Shown: positions 24,180 to 35,394 of the stretch, piece by piece | Layout of the letters: each line of letters opens with the position of its first letter | How positions within the stretch are numbered: the first letter of the stretch is position 1 | NCBI RefSeq assembly: GCF_036321535.1 | Contig: NC_087436.1 | Coordinates: forward strand, 109,370,001 to 109,434,000 | Direction: 5' to 3' | From: Camelus dromedarius | Taxonomy: Eukaryota | DNA length: 64,000 bases | Made by a program: the position numbers and the translations under genes | Notes under the pieces: model-generated | The model's database searches: none | What the model saw: the letters and a program-made list of their open reading frames with translations, nothing else | Told to the model about the DNA's origin: nothing

Positions 24180-25860
24180 TTTTACAATTAAGAATGCTGA
24201 TTTTTTTTCAAAATCCTTCTCAGCAGCTGGAATTATAATAATAATTTTTTTAATTTGGCCACCAATTTGATCAATTATAAAAATAGATTTTTTTCAATAT
24301 CTAATCGTCCTTATATTTGTACAATTAATCCCACTTTGGTATTTCATTTTCCTTCCAGATTTAATTAATAGAAATGTATTTAAGATTTCTTTTTATCTGT
24401 ATGTCGTGGGTATTTGCACAAACTGAGTTCTGAAAGAAATAGCACAGTTTTTATGACTTTTAAATCAATTTAATGCCAACTGCAAGCACATAGGCCCCTA
24501 GGTGGGCAGGGAATTCAATGTCAGTTATTCTTGAGTCTCTTTCCCATCACTAAGGTAGAACAGTTTCTAAGGTCTTGCAAAGTACCGAGGCATCGGGGGA
24601 ACCCCTTGTCATCAGTCAGCTCTGCTCTTCAGTTGCTCCCAAGCCACTCATTATTCAGTCCTAGATCCTTAAGCTGCCATTTTCCTCAGAGGTTTTACTG
24701 CTTTTTAGAACATGCCAGAGCGCAGAGTACAGATCCCTGAGGTTTTAGGGAATTCTAAGACTTTCTTTCTTGCCAGTTTTGAGGGAATTTCTTCTTCTCT
24801 TTCTTCTTAGGGAATACTGATCTCCATCAAGAAAATATTTAAACTGATCTCTTCAGTGGAGGTTTTGCAAAAGAGGAGAGAGAATTGTTCAAAAATCCTA
24901 GAGGCAATAAATGACAAATCATAACAACTTGGGGCTGAGTCGGGGGAAGATTAGTTAGAGAGACACGCAACATAATTTGATAACATGAACTGTGACAGTT
25001 GGCATTTCTTCCTAGCTTTGTAACAGTTTAAACAGCACAAAAATATCATTCCTTCTCAAAGTTTGGAAGAATCTCTTGCCAAAAACTGTCTGAATTTCAT
25101 GCCTTTCCGGAGAATAGCTCTTTTACAAGTATTTCAATGTATTACATGATTGTTGGTGTATTCAGATTTTCTGCTTTTTCTTAAATTAACTTTGATAATC
25201 TCAATTTTTCTAGGATTATCATTTATTTCATTCGGGGTTATCATATATATGAGAGAATTATGCATAGTGTTGTAATTAAAAAATCATACTTGTTTCAGGA
25301 GTTTTTTTCTTATTTCTGAATAATAATGTCACACTTTTTACTTGATCAGATTACTTAGAAAGGTTGTCTGTTTTGCTGTTGTTTCTCAAAGGTTCAGCTC
25401 TTGGGTTTTTAAATTTTTTCAGTTTCAACTGTATTAATTTCTTCCTCGTCTTTCATCCCCTTTCTCTAGGTTTGTTTTCTTTTTCTCTTTTTAGCTTCGT
25501 GGGTTGAAGGCTTAGCTCATTTATTTCCCAGGAATCTTGTTTGATAAGAAATGCACTCAGCACCATGCTTATGCCTCAGCTTCCAGGAACTGCTCATATC
25601 TTAGATGTAATGTGGCTTATTATCACTGTAACTGTTTTGTAATCTTGTAATAACAGTTTTGTTTTAACTGACCACAGGCTTTTTTTTTTTTTTTTTGCAC
25701 TTTCTAGGAGAACATTTAAAATTGTCCATTATTTGGTGTATTTAAGTACATTTTCCCCTAGTTTTATTGAGTAGTGATCTGAAAAGATAGTTTTTGAAAT
25801 TTTAGTTTTGAAGAGTTTATATTAATTATCTTATATTTTAAATACGGATGGCCTATTTTA
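24180..25860 (-). mobile_element. Degraded old L1 ORF2 fragments (interrupted)
   Basis: T-rich antisense L1 motifs ('tcccactttggt', 'tattcagattttctgcttttt', 'cagctcttgggttt'). Confidence 0.55.
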
Positions 25861-26649
25861 ATCTCCACCTTCTCCTCCCTAAAGAATATTCAACAGTGAA
25901 GTTAAGAGTTAACCCATTGTTCTCTTACACTTCAGTAGAATGTTGGTGTCTTATTATTTCATAAAACTTCCTCTACCTTTTACTCTTGACTTTAGGTCTC
26001 TTATTATCTTCTTCGCTATTATTCCTCAGATTTTTTTTATCAGCTACTGTTTCCTTGTGCATCTTTTTATAATAGTTTTCACCAGAATTTTTCTTTGGCT
26101 TTCCATGATTCTCCTTCTTTCTTTCTTTCTTTTTTTTTTTTTTTTTGGCAAATCACATTGTTGGGCAAGCTCTTTTATTTCTGTAATATCTGCAATTTAT
26201 TTTACATTTTCCTATCAGTACTTAAGTCTATCTTTTTTTCTAACAACTACCCACTGAACATAATCACCAGAACATTATGAACAACATGAACATTAACACC
26301 AGAAGTCTTTTTGTAGATTTCAACCAAAAGTTTATGAAAAGTTTCTTGAGAAGTGCAACATAACTGATAATAAAGGAATGGAATATGTCTTTTGCACAAT
26401 AAGTATAATAAAAATTCAGAGAACAATGGCTTTTGAATTTATTTAGATGTATTACCATTTATTCTCTGTATTATATCTCTGTAGTTTTCTCATTTAGGCA
26501 AATTTCTTTTTTTCTGAATTTCTTTCTATTAACTATTATTATTATCATCCTTAAGCCTAATTTATCCAGTTATAGAGAATTCTGTAATTGTTTGAAGACA
26601 TACCCTAGATTATGGATAAAATATATAAATGCAACCAAGATTTCAACAT

Positions 26650-26990
26650 TAGCCTACGTCAAATACCATTAGTCATCTTTCCTATCATCAAGTCATTGAT
26701 GACAAGAGTTTTGTGTATATTATTTGCTAACCAGTTATGTATCAGCCTAATGAGTATATAATAGCCAAAAAAGATTTTCCTTATTAATTAGTTTGTATTT
26801 TATGACATGCAATGTTGTATGACAAAATATCTTGTTAAACTCAAGGTAACTTAAATCTTTTCTCTTTTTTTTATATCTACCATGCCTATCAATCTTCTAC
26901 ATAATTAAATTAGATTATTAGTCAGACTGAAGTGTTCTTTAGCAAGCTACATTGGTATTTATCTAGTTTCCAGTTTCCTTCAGATGTTGT
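26650..26990 (-). mobile_element. CR1/L3 LINE RT fragment
   Basis: 'aatatcttgttaaactcaagg...atctaccatgcctatcaatc...attagtcagactgaagtgttctttagcaagctacattgg' resembles antisense L3 RT. Confidence 0.55.
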
Positions 26991-27639
26991 TGAATTTACT
27001 TTAAAAAACAGTATATTCAGATTTTTTTTTAGAATCTAGATTTCTCTTTTCATGTGAATATAAGCAAAACATATATTTTAATTAAGTAAATAGATTATAT
27101 TATGTGTTAATATGGTTAATTGATAGATTATTTATAAAACAAGCATGAATTATTCTTAAAATAAATCACTTTTGACTCCCAGTTTCTCTTCTCAACCTCT
27201 TCCCTTTCTGGCCAAATAAATTCACAGTCACATTCAATAGCTGACAACTTAGAAGAAACTGTAACTAAAAAAAAAAAAATCAGTTGACTCTGGGGAAAAC
27301 TTTGATGATAGTTTGTTATAATAAACATATGACCATTGCAACGATAGAATCTGATATAATGACACAGCCTCTTTATTAACACTGCACATCTGCATATTAA
27401 AAGCATCATTTTATTAAGTGCTCCTTTGCTTGCTTGCCAAATGACCAACTTTCTGTTTATCACTTTACTCTTAAATCAAGTTGAGCCATCCAAACCAGAA
27501 AATTTCTTCCCTTTTTCTTTGCCTTTACTTTGAAATCCTTTTTAAGTTCTTGTTTATATTATGTAACTGTGGATCATTTAGAAGTGATAGTAGCAGCCAG
27601 TCATGGTTCATAATGGTCCAGAAAGAAAAAATGATTCTC

Positions 27640-27928
27640 CAGCAAAGATTTCAATAAGAGACCATTCAGATTTTGCAAACATCAATCAGTGGATTATTTT
27701 CACTTGCATTTTGTTTGTATTACTTAATTCCCATAGATAGTTGCTGGCTGAGGCTGGGGGAAGGTGCTCATTGCTACGATCCTGATGAGATGATTAGGTG
27801 GGAAGATTTAAGTGATGTCCTGAAAAAGAGTCAGATCAACAGCTGGGAAAATATTCAGTCAAAGGGGATAGAACAGTTGTTTTCAGTTTTTTTTTTTTTT
27901 ATCCCTGTTACAGTATACTTACAGGGCA
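27640..27928 (+). repeat. Left arm of ~285-bp inverted duplication (partner 29137-29420)
   Basis: Hand alignment to the reverse complement of 29137-29420 gives ~80% identity. Confidence 0.9.
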
Positions 27929-27929
27929 G

Positions 27930-28250
27930 CATTCATAAAGGATTTTTAGGTTAATAAAAATACTCTGTATGCAACTATAATGATAGATACAGGTTAATGC
28001 TCATTTGTCCAAACCCATAAACTGTACAACACCAAGAGTGAATGCTAATGTAAACTATGGACTTTGGGCAAACATGATGCGTCAAGGTAGGTTCACCAAT
28101 TGTAACAAGTGTAGCCCTCTGAGGGGATGTGGATAATGGGGGAGGCTATGCGTGTGTGGCAGTGGTGGGTATACAGGGAATCTCTATATCTTCTGCTCAA
28201 TTTTAAACTGCTCTAAAGTATAGTCTTAAAAAATAAATAATGAAAATTTA
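27930..28250 (+). mobile_element. L1MC1-like 3' terminus
   Basis: 'aggatttttagg...tactctgtatg...catttgtccaaacccata...caccaagagtgaatgctaatgtaaactatggactttggg...aaactgctctaa' followed by an A-rich tail. Confidence 0.9.
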
Positions 28251-28339
28251 AAGATGCTCGCTGTGGCATGGTAATACCTGGATGATACTTGTGGTACTCA
28301 CTGTGGTACTCAGTAGCCTATTTAGACCTCAGTGCCTGT

Positions 28340-28795
28340 GGAAGACTATTCCATGGGTGGACCAAAGAACTATTACCCCAGAATTTCAAATCTTGTATAG
28401 TCAGTCCCCTCCCACATTACCTCTGGGCCAATGGAGCATTAGCAAGTGCGACGTAATAGAGTCTTGATACACATTTACACATTGTTGCTTTTCTGATCAG
28501 AATGCTGTCTCTTAGAATCCAGCTACCACACTTAAAGGTATCCAAGCTTTTCTGCTGGAGAAAGAGGCCACAAGAAGAGGTCCTTCAAGATAAAACAGCA
28601 CATGGACAGAGAGCCCACATGAAAGAGGCCTGAGGGCTCTGGCTGAGCTTTCATATTCGTGAGTGACCCCTGCGGACATCACATGAAATGGGGGAGCCTC
28701 CCGGTCAATCCACAGAACTATGAGAAATAATAAATACTTGTTTTAAGCCACTAAGTTTTCAGGTGATATGGCACCCCCCCATAATGAACCAATAT
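28340..28795 (+). mobile_element. MLT1G/H-like MaLR LTR
   Basis: 'agtcccctcccacatt...tgagaaataataaatacttgttttaagccactaagtttt'. Confidence 0.75.
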
Positions 28796-29136
28796 GCCGT
28801 CTGTTCAGTTTCAGCTCCTTTTATGATAACCTCTAAAGTGACAACCTAGGGACTACAATTCTCCAAATTTCTCTCCCCTACACGTTGATATTCAGTACTC
28901 CTCAACCACTCTTCCCTTGGTTATCCTAGTTTTGCTTTATAACTTCTTATTCTTCAGCTGTTGAGAGCTGGAGTGGAAAATGCCCATAGGATCTTTATAG
29001 AGGATCATATTAAGATTCATTTGGAGGGTTTTTTCGTCGGCATTCAAAGAAGTTCTGTTAATTGTTCTGTCTCACTCCATCTAGTCACGTGACATTATTT
29101 GTTTACGGAGTCGCTGTCCCTGAATGGAGTAAGTAT

Positions 29137-29420
29137 TGTCTCCTTATGTACATTATAGTAGGAATAGCAACTGAAAACAATAGTTCTCTCCCCTTTGATT
29201 GAATGTTTTCCCGGCTGCTGGTCTTACTCTCTTTCAGGACATCCCTTACTGAATGTTCCCACCTATTCACCTCGTTAGGATTGGAGCGATTAACGCCTTC
29301 CTCCAGCCTCAGGCAGCTACTGTTATGAGAATGAAACGATAAAAACAAAACATAAATAAAAATAAGCCATTAACTGATGTTTGCAGAATCGGAACGTTCT
29401 CTTATTGAAATACTTGGTCA
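29137..29420 (-). repeat. Right arm of inverted duplication (CpG-retaining copy)
   Basis: Reverse complement aligns to 27640-27928. Confidence 0.9.
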
Positions 29421-29424
29421 GACC

Positions 29425-31780
29425 GGTGGCAGCCACCAATCTTTTCATGAACTCTATAGTTTTGCCTTTCCCAGAATATAATATAGTTGGAATCACTGTA
29501 AGTTTTTTTTCAGATTGGCTTCTTTTACTTAGTAATACCATTTAAGTTGACTCTATGTCTTTTCATGACTTGATAGCTCATTTCTTTTCAGAAATAAAGA
29601 GTGTTCCATTACCTGGTTGTTTCGTAGTTTGTTTTTCCATTCACCTACTGAAAGACATTTTGGTTGCTTCCAAGTTTTGGCAATTATGAATAAAGCTACT
29701 ATAAACATCCATGTGCAGACACAGGAGTAAGCATAATTTTCCAACTGTTTCAGGTAAATACCAAGGAGTGTGATTGTGGGACCACAGGGTAAAAGCGTGT
29801 TCAGTTTTCTAAGAAACGGCCAAACCATCTTCCGAAGTAGCTGTGCCATTCTGCACTCCCACCAGGAATGGGTGAGTGTTCCTGTTGCTCCACATTCTTG
29901 TCACCACTTGATGTTGTCAGTGTTCTGGATTTTGGCCACTTCAATACATTTGTGTGCTATCTCATTTCCATTTTATTTTGGATTTCGCTGATGACATGTA
30001 ATGTGGAGCACATTTTTATATGCTTATTTGACATCTGTCTATCTTCTCTGGTGAAATGTTTGTGGGGGTCTTTAGTTCATTTTTTTAATCTGCTGGGTTT
30101 TTTTTATTGCTGAGTTTTAAAGAGTTCTTTGTATATTTTGGATAACAGTCCTTTATCAGATGTGTCTTTGCAGATATGTTTTCTCAGTCTGTGGCTTTTC
30201 TTTTCACTCTTTTAACATTGTGTTTTGTAGAGCAGGGGTTTGAATTTTAATGAAGTTTCACTTATGAATTATTTCTTTTATGGATTGTGCCTTTGGTGTT
30301 TTATATCAAAGGTCATTGCCATATCCAAGGTCATCCCTTTTTCTCCCATGTTATCTTCTAAAAGTTTTATAGTTTTGCATTTTACAATTAGATCTGTGAT
30401 TTATGTTAATTTTTGTGAACAGTATAAGTTCTGTGATTTGATTTTATTCATTAGAGTTATATAGTTTTCCTTAGATTGGTCTTTTACATATTTTGTTAGA
30501 TTTATACTTTATTATTTCTTTTGGGGGGTGTTAATGTAAATGATACAGTGTTTTTAATTTCAAATTATATTTGCTCATTGCTGGGATATAAGAAAGCAAT
30601 TGACTTTTGTATATTACCATTAAATCCTGCAACCTAGATAAATTGCCTATTGATTCCAGGAGTTTTTTTTTGTTGTTGTTAGTTCTTCCAGATTTTCTAC
30701 ATAAATGATCATGTCATTTGAAAACAAAAAGTTCCCTTTCTTCCTCCCTAATCTGTACACCTTTTATTGTTGATTTTTCTTGTCTTACCACATCAGCTCT
30801 ACCTTCCAATACAGTGTTGGAAAAGAGTGGTGAGAGGTGACATCCCCTCCCTATATGCGATCTTAGTGGAAAAGCTTCAGGTTTGTCACCATTCAGTGTA
30901 ATGTTAGCTGTGGGGTTTTGTAAACCATCCAATCAAGTGGAATAAATCCCCCTTTATTTCTAGTTTTCTAAGAGTTTTTATCAAAAATCGGTGTTGGATT
31001 TTGTCAAATGCTTTTTATGCACCTATTAATTATGTTTATGTGATTTTTCTTTTTTAGCCTGTTGCTGTGATGATTTATATTGTTTTCTTCAACTGTTGCA
31101 TCAGATTGGCATACCTAGGATAAATCCCACTTATTGGCTGTATATCGTTCTTTTTATATACTGTTGGGTTAAATTTGCTATTATTTTGTTAAGGATTTTT
31201 GCATCTATGTTTATAAGAGCTATTGGTGTGGACCTTCCTTTTCTTGTAAATCTTTGTATGGTTTTGGTATGAGAGTAATCCTGGCCTCAGAAAATGAGTT
31301 AAGATGTATTCCTTTTCCTTTTATACTCTGCAAGATTTTAGAAATTTGGTATAATGTCTTTCTTACATGTTGGCACAATTCACATGTAAGCCTGTCTGGG
31401 CCTGCTGCTTTCTGGTTTAGAAGGTTATTAATTATGAATTTAATTTTGTTAACAGATGTGGGCCTATTTAGATTGTCTGTTTCTTCCTGTGTGAGTTTTG
31501 GCAAAAAGTGTGTTATAAGGAAATGTTCTATTTTATCTAGGTTATCAAATTTGTGGGCATAAATTTGTTGTTTTTTAAAAATTATCCTTACAATGTCCCT
31601 AGGATATATAATGATGTCCCCTCTTTCATTTCTAATAAGAGCAATTTGTAGCCTCTCCCTTTATTTTTATTTAGCCTTCATGGAGGTTTATCAATTTTAT
31701 CGCTCTTTTCAAAGAACTAGTTTTTCTTTTCTTTTTTTTTTCTTTTTTTTCATTGATTTCCAAGATTTTTTTTTAATTTA
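29425..31780 (-). mobile_element. L1MC1-like LINE body (3'UTR without terminus, plus decayed ORF2)
   Basis: Minus-strand ORFs resemble L1 ORF2p: PKLTQEETDNLNRP..., NPTANITLNGDKPEAFPLRS..., CTWMFIVALFIIAKTWKQPKC. Confidence 0.92.
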
Positions 31781-32085
31781 GGAAATGTTACTGTCATCTT
31801 TTAATGGAGTAGAATTCATTTGCATTGTACACTATTCGCTCCACTTACCTCCCCACGCAGAAGAGATGACAGGAAGGTATGTGCAATAGTCTCGCACATC
31901 ACGTGTGATTCTTCCTTGGGTCTATAAAGAAGGCCTTCTTGACCTACATTTACTCGAAGTAGAACAAACAAATGTTCTAGTAAAATTTCTGCCTCACCAT
32001 AAATCTTGTTGGGGCATAGAGTTCATTTTCCTAAACAAATACTCTCGTAAACCTGGCTTAGTTGATTTGATTTTGCAACAGCTGC

Positions 32086-32432
32086 TGCTATGGACTGCAT
32101 GCTTGTTCCCCCAGTGTTCAAAAGCTGAAGCCTAATTCCCCACATGATGGTACTCGGATATGGGGCCTTTGTGGGGGTGATTAGGTCATGCTGGTGGAGC
32201 TCTGATGAATGGGATTAGTGCCCATCTAAAAGAGACCTCTCTCTCTTGTTCCCCTTAGGCCGTGGGAGATGGTTGTCCAGGAATCAGGAAGTGGACTCTC
32301 ACCAGACACCAAATCTGTTGGTGCTGTGACCTTGGACTTCCAGCTTCCAGCACCGCGAGAAATAACTGTTTGTTGTTTAAGCCACCTAGTCTGTGGTATT
32401 TTTGTTATAGCAACCTGAATGGACTAAAAACA
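32086..32432 (+). mobile_element. MLT1A-like MaLR solo LTR
   Basis: 'tgctatggactg...gtgattaggtcatg...gaatgggattagtgccc...tttgttatagcaacctgaatggactaaaaaca'. Confidence 0.9.
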
Positions 32433-32624
32433 GGTACCATCGGAAAGCTTTTTTTTTAACCTTACTGATAAACTTCTAAGTAGCCTAAGGAAAAAAATCT
32501 AATTTCTCTGATTCCATTTCCCAGTACATGATTTCTTTTGCTTTCTTTCCTTTTTGGTTTTTTTGGGGTTTTTTGTATCAAATTCTTTAATGTCATAACG
32601 GTTCCATCCCATAATGAAATATGT

Positions 32625-32830
32625 ATCTAGTGCTTAATGCTTTCCGTATACCTGGCAGCTATTGGCAGTTATTCCTTCGAACAAGACTGTGAAGTAAGGG
32701 ACTACTGAATCGAGAACATCATCTTTTAGATGAGGGAGATGAGGCTTGAGAGGTTGCCCAAGGTCATTTAATTTATTAATGACAGAGATGGGATTAGAAT
32801 TCTCAGACTTCGGTGTCTCTGCTTTCATAA
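32625..32830 (-). mobile_element. MIR SINE
   Basis: 'ttttagatgagggagatgaggcttgagaggttgcccaaggtca...gggattagaa'. Confidence 0.8.
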
Positions 32831-33934
32831 ACTCAGATGGATCTGAGCTGAATGCTGCCTTAAATGAAGAAAGAAGTTCCAAGCAAGGGGCACGTGGCTG
32901 TAGCCTGAGGAATGGCGCATTAGCAATTTAGTGGATGCGATTTTAAGAATTCATTTGTCTTCCATTGTGATGTGGATTTCTTTATCACTCCTAATAATTT
33001 CTCTTGTGATGACTTTACCAAAAAGAGGTCTTATGTTAGATGCAGGAGATGTAAATGATGTAAATAAGTAGGCTGATCTTGCAATTAAAAACTGAGTAAA
33101 ATAAGGAAGCATTTGCAATGATGGTGTATTTAATAAAGACCCACTTCTCACTTCCGCTTTTGTCAGCGACATTCATTCCCTAAACAAACTACGCAGTTAT
33201 CCAACTAGAGTATTACATACAGTGCATATGAAATCATTATTGCTAATATCTATGGCTGTACATATAGAACCCATTAAAAGAATATCAATTTACTATATTA
33301 ATTTCTACTTGTTTGAGGCAGATATATAAAGCATCATATCAAAGAAACTAGAACACAACCAGCATCTGTCCTATTTCTGCTCAGTATTTTGTTTATTTTT
33401 ATTGATTCAGTTTAGTAAAGTGCATCAAATTAATTAGCTGCAACAGAAACTTTGAATAATTCAAAGAGGCACTTTAGGAAAATTGCATTTTTTTCCAACT
33501 AGCTACATCATAAGTTTGTTATGATGAATAATAGTGAGGCAGCTGTTTGGGCTAATTTATTATTCTTATATAAAAAATTCATATTATAATTTTTAGCAAA
33601 AATGAGGCTATTTATAGTAATTACCTTTTCCAAAGACATCACTGCAGAGATCCAAGGGAATCCACAGCAGTATTCATTGTTCTGAACCTTAAAACGTAGC
33701 GTGTACTACAGAATCAAGAGGAAGGAAGAATCAAAGCCATACTATTGAGTCCAGCTTCTTGGAGCTGTTATAAATGTGTTGAATCCAAGAACATTTTTTT
33801 TATGTTCTTGTTTTACTATGATTTTTGACTCAAAGCATTTTTTAAAAAAAAGTTACTTTTCTGAACATACTTCCACTCAGTCTTTTGTTTTCAATTTTTC
33901 TCATTAACAAAATCAGTTGAAAATGATTTCTCAG

Positions 33935-34480
33935 TGTGCTGGTTTTTATCTGTTTGCCCCCAACCCTATTCCCCAATCGAAACCACACGCTCACCAGATT
34001 TTTCTTCTCTGTTGGTCTCTGCATTGCTTTCCACCCTGGAATTATAACTTCTGTAGACTGCATCACTTGATTTTTTTTTTTTTAGCTCTTTTGATTCTAG
34101 CTGTGTTTGGCCAAGAAGTCACAACATGAAATGAGAAGGTGAGAGAGAGAGTTTAAGCTATTTAGTCTCCATTCTCCTTTCCCCACCCCATCATTTCCCT
34201 CTGTGCCCTGGCTCCAGCAGTGTCTGGATTCTGCAGACACATCTCCTGTGGTTTGGTCCCTCTCCTATGGGCCAACTCTCACTGAGTTCTGAGTATGTAA
34301 TTTCCCCAACTTTGGCCGTAAAGATAGTAATGGGTTCCCATTGTTGCTAATATCTGGACACTTCCACATCCCTTTTCGTTTTGTTATCTCTGCCCACATC
34401 TCCACAAATAGCCTTTTCATTAAATTTCAGGTAAAACCTTTTGAATGGCCCATCTGTTTTCCCTGGGACACTGAATAATA
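33935..34480 (+). mobile_element. LTR33-like ERVL LTR
   Basis: 'tgtgctgg...tctgtttgcccc...tgtagactgcatcac...tttggccaa...ccattgttgctaa...ctgcccacatc...ccatctgttttccctgggacactga'. Confidence 0.75.
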
Positions 34481-35394
34481 TAATTGATTTATATAAAATG
34501 AATATATTTCCTATAAACATAAAAAATGAAAATCCCTTCTATTATATGGTCTATTTTTGAATGCTTTTCTTACTTTATATTCTTCATCTTCCTCAACTCT
34601 AGTGTCAATCTGTGGCATGGAAAAGAGGGAACTGGAGGGATAAACACCACAGTATCACTCTCCTGCCTTCTGATCTTTGGCTGGTGCCTGCCATTGACTG
34701 AATCCCAGCAACTAGATTTTAAGGAAGTGTGTTGATGCAATCTACGATGTAGATCAGAGAGAAGAAGAAAAGATCACGGACTTGAAGGGACAAATGAAGC
34801 GTATTCAGCACAAACCCACCTCTTTTCCCACTTGAGATGCACTTGTGGCCTTTTTTCCTGGACCATGAATTTAGACCTCTGTCCTGTAGCCTGTCCCATA
34901 ATCAAGGCTTCTGTAGCTCTTTCAAGCCAATTACTTTTGGAAGATGGATGATTTGGCAATACCAATAAATTCTACGAAATTTTTGTTGTTAAACATCTTA
35001 CTTTGTGGGGAGGAATGTGTGAAATGCTTGACAATAGATACAACATCATTTAAGTCTACAATTGTGGTGCTGGCAGATGTGCAATGGACATGGTTGGTAA
35101 ACACATATTCAGAGAATGTATTAAGTTCTACTGGGAAATATCCCTGCTTTATCTACCAGATGGCTATCCAGTGCCCCCAGAGGATGGTATCACATAAGGA
35201 TTCAGAATTGGATTCATCTATTGGCTGACTGAACAAATAGAATGTATATACTCCAACATTGTTATCAGCACCATATTGTCCTTTGTCTTTTGAAAAATGT
35301 TTTGGTAACTGGGAAGTGAATTAAAATGTTATCTATAGGACAGGAGATCTTGTCTACCTGATTTCTGAGCTTACAGTGAATACTGTCTTTTGCT

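Noticed and set aside
29553..31504. Functional L1 ORF2
   Set aside because: Broken into several short frames by stops and frameshifts; a fossil.
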